Origin: a virus
Taxonomy: Duplodnaviria > Caudoviricetes
Length of the DNA stretch: 43,589 bases
Virus record (IMG/VR): IMGVR_UViG_3300049139_000093
Span: 1 to 43,589 of that record
Direction: 5' to 3' (one strand)
Shown here: positions 16,655 to 23,875 of the stretch, piece by piece
How the letters are laid out: every line of letters starts with the position of its first letter
Numbering within the stretch: position 1 is the stretch's first letter
Program-made: the position numbers and the translations under genes
Notes under the pieces: generated by a model
Seen by the model: only the letters and a program-made list of their open reading frames with translations
Databases searched by the model: none
Told to the model about the DNA's origin: nothing

Positions 16655-17117
16655 TCTCGCCGATGCACCGTTCCACTGCCCGCCTGCGGATGAGCCTGAG
16701 CCGGTAACGATTTCACTGGCCGGCGATCCGCAGGGCAAGGGTCGGGCGCGCGCGTTCCGGCGCGGCAACTTTATTGGCCACTACACGCCGGAGAAAACCC
16801 GCAGCTATGAGGGCATGATCCGCACCGCGGCGATGGATGCCATGGGAAACCGGCCGCCGATCGACGTTCCGGTCGAGCTCGTCATGCGCGCGGTGTTCTC
16901 GGTGCCGGCATCGTGGTCGAAGCGGAAACACGCCGACGCCCTGGCCGGTGCGATCAAGCCTGCCAAAAAGCCGGACCTCGACAACATCGCGAAAGCTTGG
17001 AACGACGCGCTAAACGGCGTGGTCTACCGGGACGACGCGCTGATCGTCCGGGCGACGTTCGAAAAGCGCTATGGGCCGGCGCCGCTCGTCGTGGCAACCG
17101 TGCGGGTTCTGCCATGA
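16641..17117 (+). CDS. rusA: RusA-family Holliday junction resolvase
   Basis: [15 protein letters not shown]...DALNG..YRDD. Confidence 0.9.
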   Translation: MQTPDLADAPFHCPPADEPEPVTISLAGDPQGKGRARAFRRGNFIGHYTPEKTRSYEGMIRTAAMDAMGNRPPIDVPVELVMRAVFSVPASWSKRKHADALAGAIKPAKKPDLDNIAKAWNDALNGVVYRDDALIVRATFEKRYGPAPLVVATVRVLP

Positions 17118-17380
17118 CCCTGCGCGATCCTCTGCACCGGGAAACGCAGCGGACACACGCCATCCGCCGGGCATTCGAGCGCTACGGCATGGTCATCAGC
17201 AACCGCGAATATGAGCGCATCCTAGACATGATCGCCGAGGGCAAATCGATCGTGCTCGGTGCCGCGCGCACCGGCGGCGAAATGCATGAGGTCGTGCTGC
17301 GCCGGCGCACGCTGATCGCGGTTTACCGGCGCGAAGACAGAACCATCCCGACGTTTCTGCCGATCGGGGCCGGAAGATGA
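17114..17380 (+). CDS. Hypothetical protein (HAxxR...ERY motif)
   Basis: ATGA overlaps on both sides. Confidence 0.7.
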   Translation: MTLRDPLHRETQRTHAIRRAFERYGMVISNREYERILDMIAEGKSIVLGAARTGGEMHEVVLRRRTLIAVYRREDRTIPTFLPIGAGR

Positions 17381-17985
17381 CGCTGGTCGAGACAAACACG
17401 AAGCCGCTGCGCGGACCGCTCCGGAAGCGGGAGAGCCATTTGTGGGCGCGCGATCCTCACGACTGGTACATCGAACCGAGTTGGGTCAGCGCCCGCCTGT
17501 TCGAGGTCGAGCAGTTCGAGGGCTGCGTCTGCGATCCGGCATGCGGCACGGGGACCATCCTGAAGAGTGCCGTGGCGGCCGGGCTGTGGACCGATGCGCA
17601 GGATCTAGTCGACCGGGGCTATCCGGGCACGCGCGTCGGCGACTTCCTCGAGACGCACGGCATTCTCGCCAGCAATATCATCAGCAACCCACCTTTTGGC
17701 ATTGCCGAGAAGTTCGTCGCGCATGCCCTCACGCTGGCGCAGCGGAAGGTAGCCATGCTGTTGCCGGCCAATTGGGTGCAGGGTGACAAGCGCTCGCGCT
17801 GGCTCCAGAGCACGCCGCTGCTGCGCGTGTACTTCATCACGCCTCGGCCATCGATGCCGCCTGGCGCTGCTATCCAAGCCGGCCAGAAGCCCGGCAACGG
17901 CACGACGGATTATGCATGGTTCGTGTGGCTTCGCGGCTTCGACGGCACGCCGGAAGTCCGCTGGCTGCGGAGGGACCCGTCATGA
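17377..17985 (+). CDS. DNA N6-adenine methyltransferase
   Basis: DPACGTG (SAM binding) and SNPPF (catalytic motif IV). Confidence 0.85.
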   Translation: MTLVETNTKPLRGPLRKRESHLWARDPHDWYIEPSWVSARLFEVEQFEGCVCDPACGTGTILKSAVAAGLWTDAQDLVDRGYPGTRVGDFLETHGILASNIISNPPFGIAEKFVAHALTLAQRKVAMLLPANWVQGDKRSRWLQSTPLLRVYFITPRPSMPPGAAIQAGQKPGNGTTDYAWFVWLRGFDGTPEVRWLRRDPS

Positions 17986-18203
17986 TGACCGAGGCCCAAG
18001 CCCGCACCAAGGAATGCCGCGTCGGCGGTCAGACAATCGTGGCGCCGAAGGTGCACCGATTCCCAATGTGCATCGCCTCGAACTGCATGCACTGGCTCGA
18101 AATGCGATCGGCCTTGCCGCCGTACTTCAGCCCGGTCAACGGCAACCTGATCGCCCAGGGCCAGCCGGCGCATGGCGACTGCGGACTGAAGGGGAGAGCA
18201 TGA
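17982..18203 (+). CDS. Small Cys-containing phage protein
   Basis: MTEAQA..K.C...CIAS.CM.W...G.CGL. Confidence 0.7.
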   Translation: MMTEAQARTKECRVGGQTIVAPKVHRFPMCIASNCMHWLEMRSALPPYFSPVNGNLIAQGQPAHGDCGLKGRA

Positions 18204-18988
18204 GCAGGTGGTGGCGCGCATACGACGACGCGTTGCACGATCCGAAGGTGCAAGGGCTCCCGCCCGTGCTGTTCAAATTCTGGTTCAACCTGCTGTGCGT
18301 CGCCTCCAAGAATGGCGGTCTTATCCCTCCCTTAAGCGAGCTTAAGACCGTGCTTAAGGCTCGCTTAGACCACGTTGAGACGCATGTTCAAGACCTCTTA
18401 GAGCGCGGCTTGCTCGACGAGGTGGACGGACGGTTGGAACCTCATAACTGGCGGAAGCGCCAATACAAATCCGACAATTCGACCACTCGCGTGCAGGAGC
18501 ACAGGAAGGCGAAACGAAACGTTTCCGAAACGCCCCCAGAGAACAGAGAACAGATACAGAGTACAGAAGAAGAAAAGAAAGAACCGCGCGCGAGCGCGCT
18601 GGTCGTTGTCGACGACGGCTGGCCGGAAGACTTTCGCGAGCAGTTTTGGACGGCATACCCGAACAAGGTTGGCAAGCCGAAGGCTCTTGCGAAGCTCGAG
18701 GGTGCTCGCAAGCGCGGCGTGCAGTTCGTCGACGTCATGACCGGGCTCGATCGCTACATCGCCAGCAAACCGCCTGACCGTGCCTGGCTCAATCCCGAAA
18801 CATTCATCAATCAGGAGCGCTGGGCGGACCAGCCGGCGCCAGTCTCGCAAGGGGGCCCACATGGGCGACGAACAGTTCACGACGCAGCACGAGACCTCGC
18901 AGCGCGAGTCCGCGCCCTCGACGAACCAGCGCCTGAGCTATGCGACGCAGCGGGCGGAAGTCCTCTTCGGCTCTTACCGCCGCGGTGA
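18200..18988 (+). CDS. Replication initiator (O-like / replisome organiser)
   Basis: WWR.Y....DPKV N-terminal wHTH, HNW.KRQ, low-complexity linker, FW.AYP.KVGK...P.TFIN..RW.D. Confidence 0.8.
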   Translation: MSRWWRAYDDALHDPKVQGLPPVLFKFWFNLLCVASKNGGLIPPLSELKTVLKARLDHVETHVQDLLERGLLDEVDGRLEPHNWRKRQYKSDNSTTRVQEHRKAKRNVSETPPENREQIQSTEEEKKEPRASALVVVDDGWPEDFREQFWTAYPNKVGKPKALAKLEGARKRGVQFVDVMTGLDRYIASKPPDRAWLNPETFINQERWADQPAPVSQGGPHGRRTVHDAARDLAARVRALDEPAPELCDAAGGSPLRLLPPR

Positions 18989-19535
18989 TGCAAACGACCC
19001 TGAACGCTACGTGACGGCGATCGCCGCAGTCCTGACGCTGTACGATTTCGATCTCATGCGCGAAGTCACCGATCCGCGAACAGGGATCCAGAACACCGAA
19101 GAATTCATGACGTTCATGCCTCAGTCCGGCGAACTAAAACGATACTGCGACAAGGTGGCGGCTCATCGGGAGCGCATCGCCAAGATGGCTTCGTTGCCGA
19201 GGCCGGCGCCAGCGTCGCACCGCCTCGAGGCCCCGATCGCCCGGGACCCTGGATCGCTGGCGAACGTGTTCGTACCTCAAGGCCACGGCCGCTATGCGAA
19301 GCTGGTCGAATGGACGCAGACGGCCGATCCGAAGTTCTGGAAGTTCGGCCACTCGTCGGACAATCGGCCTGGCATCTGGGTTTCGCATGACGTGTGGGAC
19401 GGCGGCAGGGATACCGTCGGGCACAAGTTCGATTGGAAGAACCTGAAGCCGGAAGCGCGCGACCTGACGCTATCGCCGGCGGCGCGCGCGGCTACCGGCA
19501 TGCCGGAGCAGCAGGACGAGGAGGTGCCGTTCTGA
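18861..19535 (+). CDS. Putative helicase loader / replication protein
   Basis: Follows the initiator; FMP..GEL...C motif; ends EEVPF. Confidence 0.55.
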   Translation: MGDEQFTTQHETSQRESAPSTNQRLSYATQRAEVLFGSYRRGDANDPERYVTAIAAVLTLYDFDLMREVTDPRTGIQNTEEFMTFMPQSGELKRYCDKVAAHRERIAKMASLPRPAPASHRLEAPIARDPGSLANVFVPQGHGRYAKLVEWTQTADPKFWKFGHSSDNRPGIWVSHDVWDGGRDTVGHKFDWKNLKPEARDLTLSPAARAATGMPEQQDEEVPF

Positions 19536-20059
19536 CCAAGGTGCCAACCATCGACGTTCCTGGCTCCGGCGAGATTCTCGCCACGGTGCGGAGCTATCAG
19601 GATTTCGTCGACGCCTTCCGCGCGATCAAGGCGCGGCTGGGGCTGAGCAACGCAGTCTGCGACGAGCTCGGCGGCCTGACCGCGGGGCATACGGACAAGC
19701 TGATCGGTCCGACCGGGACCAAGAACCTTTCACCGATGGCGATCGATACGTTCTGCGCGCTGTTCGCGGTGCGGTTCGAAATGCGCATCGATCTCGAGCA
19801 GGCGGGACGGATGGCGGGCCGCTGGGAGGGTAGGGCAAGCGGGCGCATCCATGTGCCGGCGAGCCGCGTTAGCAAGGTGCTGATCGACAGGGTGCGCGTG
19901 CCGGTCATGCGTGAGTTATCCGCACGTCGGATGGAAAAGTTGACGGAACAGCAGCGGCAGGCGATCGCCCGCAAGGCTGCGACGGCAAGGTGGGCGAAGC
20001 AGAAGCGTCGGCGCCGACGTCGGCAAATCCGCGAAAAGGCGGTGGATGCTATCGGATAG
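19532..20059 (+). CDS. XRE-like HTH protein with a basic C-terminal tail
   Basis: LGLSNAVCDELGGLTAGHTDKL; GGAGG 7 nt before the CTG at 19532 (alternative start GTG 19541). Confidence 0.65.
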   Translation: MTKVPTIDVPGSGEILATVRSYQDFVDAFRAIKARLGLSNAVCDELGGLTAGHTDKLIGPTGTKNLSPMAIDTFCALFAVRFEMRIDLEQAGRMAGRWEGRASGRIHVPASRVSKVLIDRVRVPVMRELSARRMEKLTEQQRQAIARKAATARWAKQKRRRRRRQIREKAVDAIG

Positions 20060-20095
20060 CATCGGCCGGTCGCCACATCGGCCGCGGTAAGCAGT

Positions 20096-20305
20096 TTATC
20101 GGCATGCCGATCGGTCGAACCTGCGGCGCAGATACTCGGTGCGCGCGGCCTTCCAGTCGATGCCTTTGGCCCAATACCGCATAAGCTGCCGCGATACTCC
20201 GGCGAGCTCGGCGGCCTCGGCCGGTGTGCAAACGCCACGGGCCAGCATGCGGCGGGCTGCCTTGCGTGCCTGGTCCGTGCTATCGTCTGATGTTGCCTTG
20301 GTCAT
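20096..20305 (-). CDS. Small HTH protein, last gene of the ArdC cassette (Aca-like position)
   Basis: TPAEAAELAGVSRQLMRYW; CCGCGAGGA RBS. Confidence 0.8.
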   Translation of the reverse strand: MTKATSDDSTDQARKAARRMLARGVCTPAEAAELAGVSRQLMRYWAKGIDWKAARTEYLRRRFDRSACR

Positions 20306-20342
20306 CGGGTGTCCTCGCGGGCTTCGCTGGCTGGGGTAGCAA

Positions 20343-20368
20343 GGCCGCGGGGCGCCAACCCCGCGGCC
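20343..20368 (-). repeat. TTGGCG-loop hairpin, copy 4
   Basis: GGCCGCGGGG-TTGGCG-CCCCGCGGCC; CCGCGAGGA at 20320-20312. Confidence 0.85.
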
Positions 20369-20376
20369 ACGTTGTT

Positions 20377-20556
20377 TCAGATTAGGCGCTTCTCTGGCTC
20401 AATGACCATGATGCACGGGCCGATGTCGCCCTCGTACCAGAATCCGCATTGCCAAGGGCGCCGTCCGGCGTAGTGATAGATCGCAACCCGGCACTGAAAC
20501 TCGTTGGCAAGATCCTTCGCATAGCGGACGGCGTTTGCAAATTGACGTTCGGTCAT
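20377..20556 (-). CDS. 59-aa hypothetical protein
   Basis: GAGGTGG RBS before MTERQFANA. Confidence 0.7.
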   Translation of the reverse strand: MTERQFANAVRYAKDLANEFQCRVAIYHYAGRRPWQCGFWYEGDIGPCIMVIEPEKRLI

Positions 20557-20564
20557 GGTCCACC

Positions 20565-21434
20565 TCACGCTGCGATCGGCAGGGCTGCGGCGTTGGCCGC
20601 GTCCCTGAGATAGTTGGCTGCTGCCTGGGCCTTGCTCGCGGCGGTGAAGATGGCGCGGTTATCGGCCTTCAACACCTTCAGCCAGTGGTCCAGATATGAC
20701 GCTTGGTTGGCGTGCGCGTTGTCGAGGCCGAATTCAGCGCAAAGGAACGCGGCGCCGAGCTCGGCAACAAGCTCCTCCATCGCGTATGCGTCGACGTCGA
20801 AGCGGCCTTTAAGGTCGCGGTCCAGCCGTGACTTGTGGCCGGTCCAGTGCACCAGCTCATGGAAGGAGGCCGCGTAGTATTCCGGGCTGTCCTGGAATTC
20901 GGCAAATCGCGGCACGGTGACAAAGTCCTTGCTCGGCACGTAGCACGGTGCGCCGGCGCCTTCGCGGAAGTCCGCACCGGTTGCCGCAATGAAGTCGTCG
21001 GCAAGCCGCTGGCGCTGGGCCTGGTTCAAGGGCGCGGTGATCTCGCCCATGATGCGATCGGAAAGGCCTCCGCACTGCGCCACGTTAAAAACCGTGTACT
21101 GGCGCAGCATCGGGATCGTCTTGTCTTCGCCGGTCGCCTTATCGGTGATGTCCAACTGCTTGAAGAAATACAGCGGCATCCCGGTTTCGCCCTTGCGCAC
21201 GTGTCCGCCGGCGTCTTTCGCCTGCTTGAAGGTCAGAAAGCGCGGCCGCGACCAGCCACATTCCAGCGATGCCCAATAGAGCAACACGTTGATTCCGGAA
21301 TAGGGGCGATTGCTGACGGCGTTCATGGGCACCATGCTGCCGCTGGTCGACCAGCCTTTGACCCATGGCAGGGTGCCGGCCTCGAGCTGTGCAACGATCT
21401 TGTCGGTAACGGTCTGATACAGGTCTCGCTTCAT
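20565..21434 (-). CDS. ardC: ArdC-family anti-restriction protein (ssDNA-binding N-domain plus zincin-like domain)
   Basis: VTDKIVAQLEAG..PW...N....RPYSGIN...FLTFKQA..G.VRKGE...VFNVAQ; HELVHWTGH..RLDR; YA.EELVAELG. Confidence 0.92.
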   Translation of the reverse strand: MKRDLYQTVTDKIVAQLEAGTLPWVKGWSTSGSMVPMNAVSNRPYSGINVLLYWASLECGWSRPRFLTFKQAKDAGGHVRKGETGMPLYFFKQLDITDKATGEDKTIPMLRQYTVFNVAQCGGLSDRIMGEITAPLNQAQRQRLADDFIAATGADFREGAGAPCYVPSKDFVTVPRFAEFQDSPEYYAASFHELVHWTGHKSRLDRDLKGRFDVDAYAMEELVAELGAAFLCAEFGLDNAHANQASYLDHWLKVLKADNRAIFTAASKAQAAANYLRDAANAAALPIAA

Positions 21435-21441
21435 TGGTGGT

Positions 21442-21523
21442 TCCTCGCGGTTGTCGGGGACCGCGCCAACGGTCCCGCTACTGCTTTACGCCGGGTGAGC
21501 CTCGCGGCTGCCCGGCGTAAAGC
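21442..21523 (-). repeat. Leader element copy 3: GNRA stem, TTGGCG hairpin, AACCGCGAGGA
   Basis: GCTTTACGCCGGG-C-AGCC-GCGA-GGCT-CA-CCCGGCGTAAAGC, then GGGACCG-TTGGCG-CGGTCCC. Confidence 0.85.
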
Positions 21524-21536
21524 GATGGTGTGTCGG

Positions 21537-21716
21537 TCAGACTGGCTTGATGGTCCAAGCGTCGCCCCACTGGCCATTCTCGATCACGTAGCGGCGGCCG
21601 TCCTGGGTGCGGTGGTACTCGGCATAGCCGCTGCAGCCGGGATAGCCGAACGAGCTCGACCATTTCGCGTCGGCGGGGAGTTGTGCGGCTGCTTCGCTAT
21701 ACGTGCGGTAGGTCAT
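21537..21716 (-). CDS. 59-aa hypothetical protein
   Basis: MTYRTYSEAAAQLPADAKWSSSFG...; GAGG RBS. Confidence 0.7.
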   Translation of the reverse strand: MTYRTYSEAAAQLPADAKWSSSFGYPGCSGYAEYHRTQDGRRYVIENGQWGDAWTIKPV

Positions 21717-21724
21717 TGCCGGCC

Positions 21725-21808
21725 TCATGCGCATGCGAACGTGAGCAACAGCGCGGCCGCGAACACTGCGGCTTTGAAGGCGAGATAGGTGGGATTGAGA
21801 CTGTCCAT
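21725..21808 (-). CDS. 27-aa hydrophobic micropeptide (not in the ORF track)
   Basis: MDSLNPTYLAFKAAVFAAALLLTFACA; ATG 5 nt after the conserved AACCGCGAGGA. Confidence 0.7.
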   Translation of the reverse strand: MDSLNPTYLAFKAAVFAAALLLTFACA

Positions 21809-21813
21809 TGTGG

Positions 21814-21891
21814 TCCTCGCGGTTGGGAGACGGCGCCAACCGTCTCTGACGCCTTAAGGCCGGTAGGCTTTCGCCGCCGGCCGTAAGCGCG
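21814..21891 (-). repeat. Leader element copy 2: GNRA stem, TTGGCG hairpin, AACCGCGAGGA
   Basis: ..GGCCGG-C-GGC-GAAA-GCC-TA-CCGGCC.., then GAGACGG-TTGGCG-CCGTCTC. Confidence 0.85.
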
Positions 21892-21903
21892 ATGTGTGAG
21901 CGG

Positions 21904-22161
21904 CTAAGCGGGGATGAGGCAATAGCCGCAATCCATCCACACCTCGCGCATGCGGCGGGCGCTGACCGGGTAAGCGGATGGCGGGTAATACATTCCCATT
22001 TCGCCAACGGGCGCGTTGCTGGTCTCGGCGATGCCTTCGTGAATTCGGCAATAGATCGGACGCGTCGCGTCCATGAACGCCTTTGACATTGCTGCCGCTT
22101 CGTCGTCGGCGTGCGCTGTTGCCGTGCGTCCTGATGGGAATTGAACTTGAAAGATCGGCAT
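21904..22161 (-). CDS. 85-aa hypothetical protein, first gene of the cassette
   Basis: GAGGAG RBS directly after leader copy 1. Confidence 0.78.
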   Translation of the reverse strand: MPIFQVQFPSGRTATAHADDEAAAMSKAFMDATRPIYCRIHEGIAETSNAPVGEMGMYYPPSAYPVSARRMREVWMDCGYCLIPA

Positions 22162-22170
22162 GTTCGATGC

Positions 22171-22203
22171 TCCTCGCGGTTTGAACGCTGCGCCAACAGC
22201 GTT
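22171..22203 (-). repeat. Leader element copy 1: TTGGCG hairpin, AACCGCGAGGA
   Basis: AACGCTG-TTGGCG-CAGCGTT. Confidence 0.85.
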
Positions 22204-22275
22204 TGACGGATGACAAAATGCGCGCGGCCTAATCGTTTGTCAACGGTAAAAATACGAAATCGGCAAACTATTTTA
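22203..22275 (-). promoter_or_regulatory. Strong sigma70 promoter with an AT-rich UP-like region and operator-like repeats
   Basis: TTGACA(22243-22238)-N17-CATTTT(22220-22215); inverted TTGTCA-N3-GTMAA sites at 22203-22216 and 22237-22250. Confidence 0.8.
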
Positions 22276-22617
22276 TAAGCGCTTGATTGTGTTGCCTTTA
22301 TCGAGCCATTCCGATGTCTTGCGGGATGCAATTGCGCGCTGCTGCTGCTTGTTCGGCCGCCGGCCTCGAGGCTTGTCCTGCCTGATGCGCTCGGCGCGGT
22401 CGTGCTCTTTCGCAATAAAGGCGTCGCGCGCGGTGGCGATGTCGATGCCGGCCTCACGCAACCACCTGGCAATGGTCTGCCGCGGCACGGTTGCCACCAT
22501 CATGCCTTCGCGGATCGTGCGCAACACGCCGCGGCGATAGAGCATCTCGACGTGTGTTCGGAGCGGGTGACGAGGCGCTGGCATGCGTTCCACAGCTTGT
22601 AACTCTTCGTTTGCCAT
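22273..22617 (-). CDS. HTH protein paralogous to 20096-20305
   Basis: RGV..T..E....A.V.RQ....W....GID...AR shared with 20096-20305; start 22617 or 22584. Confidence 0.7.
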   Translation of the reverse strand: MANEELQAVERMPAPRHPLRTHVEMLYRRGVLRTIREGMMVATVPRQTIARWLREAGIDIATARDAFIAKEHDRAERIRQDKPRGRRPNKQQQRAIASRKTSEWLDKGNTIKRL

Positions 22618-22701
22618 CCGCAACGCACGCAAGGGCGCGTGAGCATCGCCGGCATCATCGAGCCGTCACCGCAACGCCAGCAATATCAATCACATGCGCG
22701 C

Positions 22702-22745
22702 GGTGCGTTGCTGGCATCGGCAATCCGGCGCCACAAACCCCGCGC
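22702..22745 (+). promoter_or_regulatory. Putative late promoter (GGTGCGTTGC) upstream of terS
   Basis: Exact motif copy. Confidence 0.6.
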
Positions 22746-22828
22746 GTCCCGCATCACGTGCGCGCCCGTCTTCCTTCCGCAGGGCGCAAAGCGACCGAGG
22801 ACCATGACGAAGGCCAAGGGCCGAGGAT

Positions 22829-23443
22829 ATGCAGGCCACAAGCACCGCCGTCACGGCTCAAGACGATAAGCAGCCATCCCGACAGGCAATCGAGGCCAAA
22901 ACCCGAAGCAAGCCCGGTGCAGTCACCGGCAAGATCGCCGCCGCGATCGATCACATGATCGAAGACGGCATGTTGTGGGACAAGGCCGCTCTGCACGTCG
23001 GTTTGACAGTCCGCGCAATGCGCTTAGCCATGCAGAAGCCGCATGTCGTCGCGTTCATCAAGACGAAGCGGGAGGTGTTCAGGGTTCACGCGAGCTCGGC
23101 GAACATTCGCAAGCTTGTCGATCTCCGCGACCAGACGGAGAACAAGGCCGCTGCGGTTTCTGCGATCAAAGTGCTCGAGCAGATGGGCGATGAGACCGCG
23201 CGCGGAGGCATCGCAGGCCGCGACGTTTCGCCAGGCTTCGTCATCCAGGTGAACGTGAATCAGCCTCCGAGCCATGCGCAGGTCGCATCACGCGGGCAGG
23301 TTTTGAACGCGGTGGCGAACGACAGCGAGCAACATCAATCGCTTAGCCACGAAACCGCACTCATGGGCCATGAGCGCGGCGCGACACAGGCCGATGAGGA
23401 CGTGCTTTGGATCGATGGCCGAAGCGAAGGCGATCCGAAATGA
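22829..23443 (+). CDS. Probable terminase small subunit
   Basis: N-terminal HTH-like region, helical core, PGFVIQVN tail; upstream of terL; start uncertain. Confidence 0.6.
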   Translation: MQATSTAVTAQDDKQPSRQAIEAKTRSKPGAVTGKIAAAIDHMIEDGMLWDKAALHVGLTVRAMRLAMQKPHVVAFIKTKREVFRVHASSANIRKLVDLRDQTENKAAAVSAIKVLEQMGDETARGGIAGRDVSPGFVIQVNVNQPPSHAQVASRGQVLNAVANDSEQHQSLSHETALMGHERGATQADEDVLWIDGRSEGDPK

Positions 23444-23651
23444 GCTCGGGCCGCACCCTCGCACGCACGCAAACGCCTCGGGTGCCGATCGCCTATTGGA
23501 CACGCGCGCATAAACAGACCCGGCCGGGAAAAATCGTCGCGCGTATGAGGAGTTCCTGCGCCACGTGCGCGATTTCCCACAATTCATCTGGGCGGGTGTG
23601 TGGGAATTTTTCAGGCCAAAAATCTTTCGAAGCGGCGATAGGAGGTCGGTG

Positions 23652-23873
23652 ATGGGAATTTTTGAAGCGGTCATTCGGGCGCTGATTTATCTTTGCGTTG
23701 TGGCGCTGGTGTTTTTTCTGTGCGTGTGGGTTCTCGGTCAGCTTGGGATTGCGTTGCCGGTCATGGTGATCAACATCTTGAAGGTGATCTTCGTGCTGAT
23801 TGCGATCCTTGTTCTGGTTCGGCTGTTTTGGCCGATCGTGTCAGCACAGAACTGGTTTCCGCCGAGGCAGTAG
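23652..23873 (+). CDS. Small 2-TM membrane protein
   Basis: GGAGG RBS; highly hydrophobic, 73 aa. Confidence 0.75.
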   Translation: MGIFEAVIRALIYLCVVALVFFLCVWVLGQLGIALPVMVINILKVIFVLIAILVLVRLFWPIVSAQNWFPPRQ

Positions 23874-23875
23874 CG

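Noticed and set aside
20312-22203. CRISPR array or integron attC array
   Set aside because: Spacing is irregular (about 360-1100 nt), stems differ in sequence, units contain whole genes, and there are no cas or intI genes or attC R-box ends.
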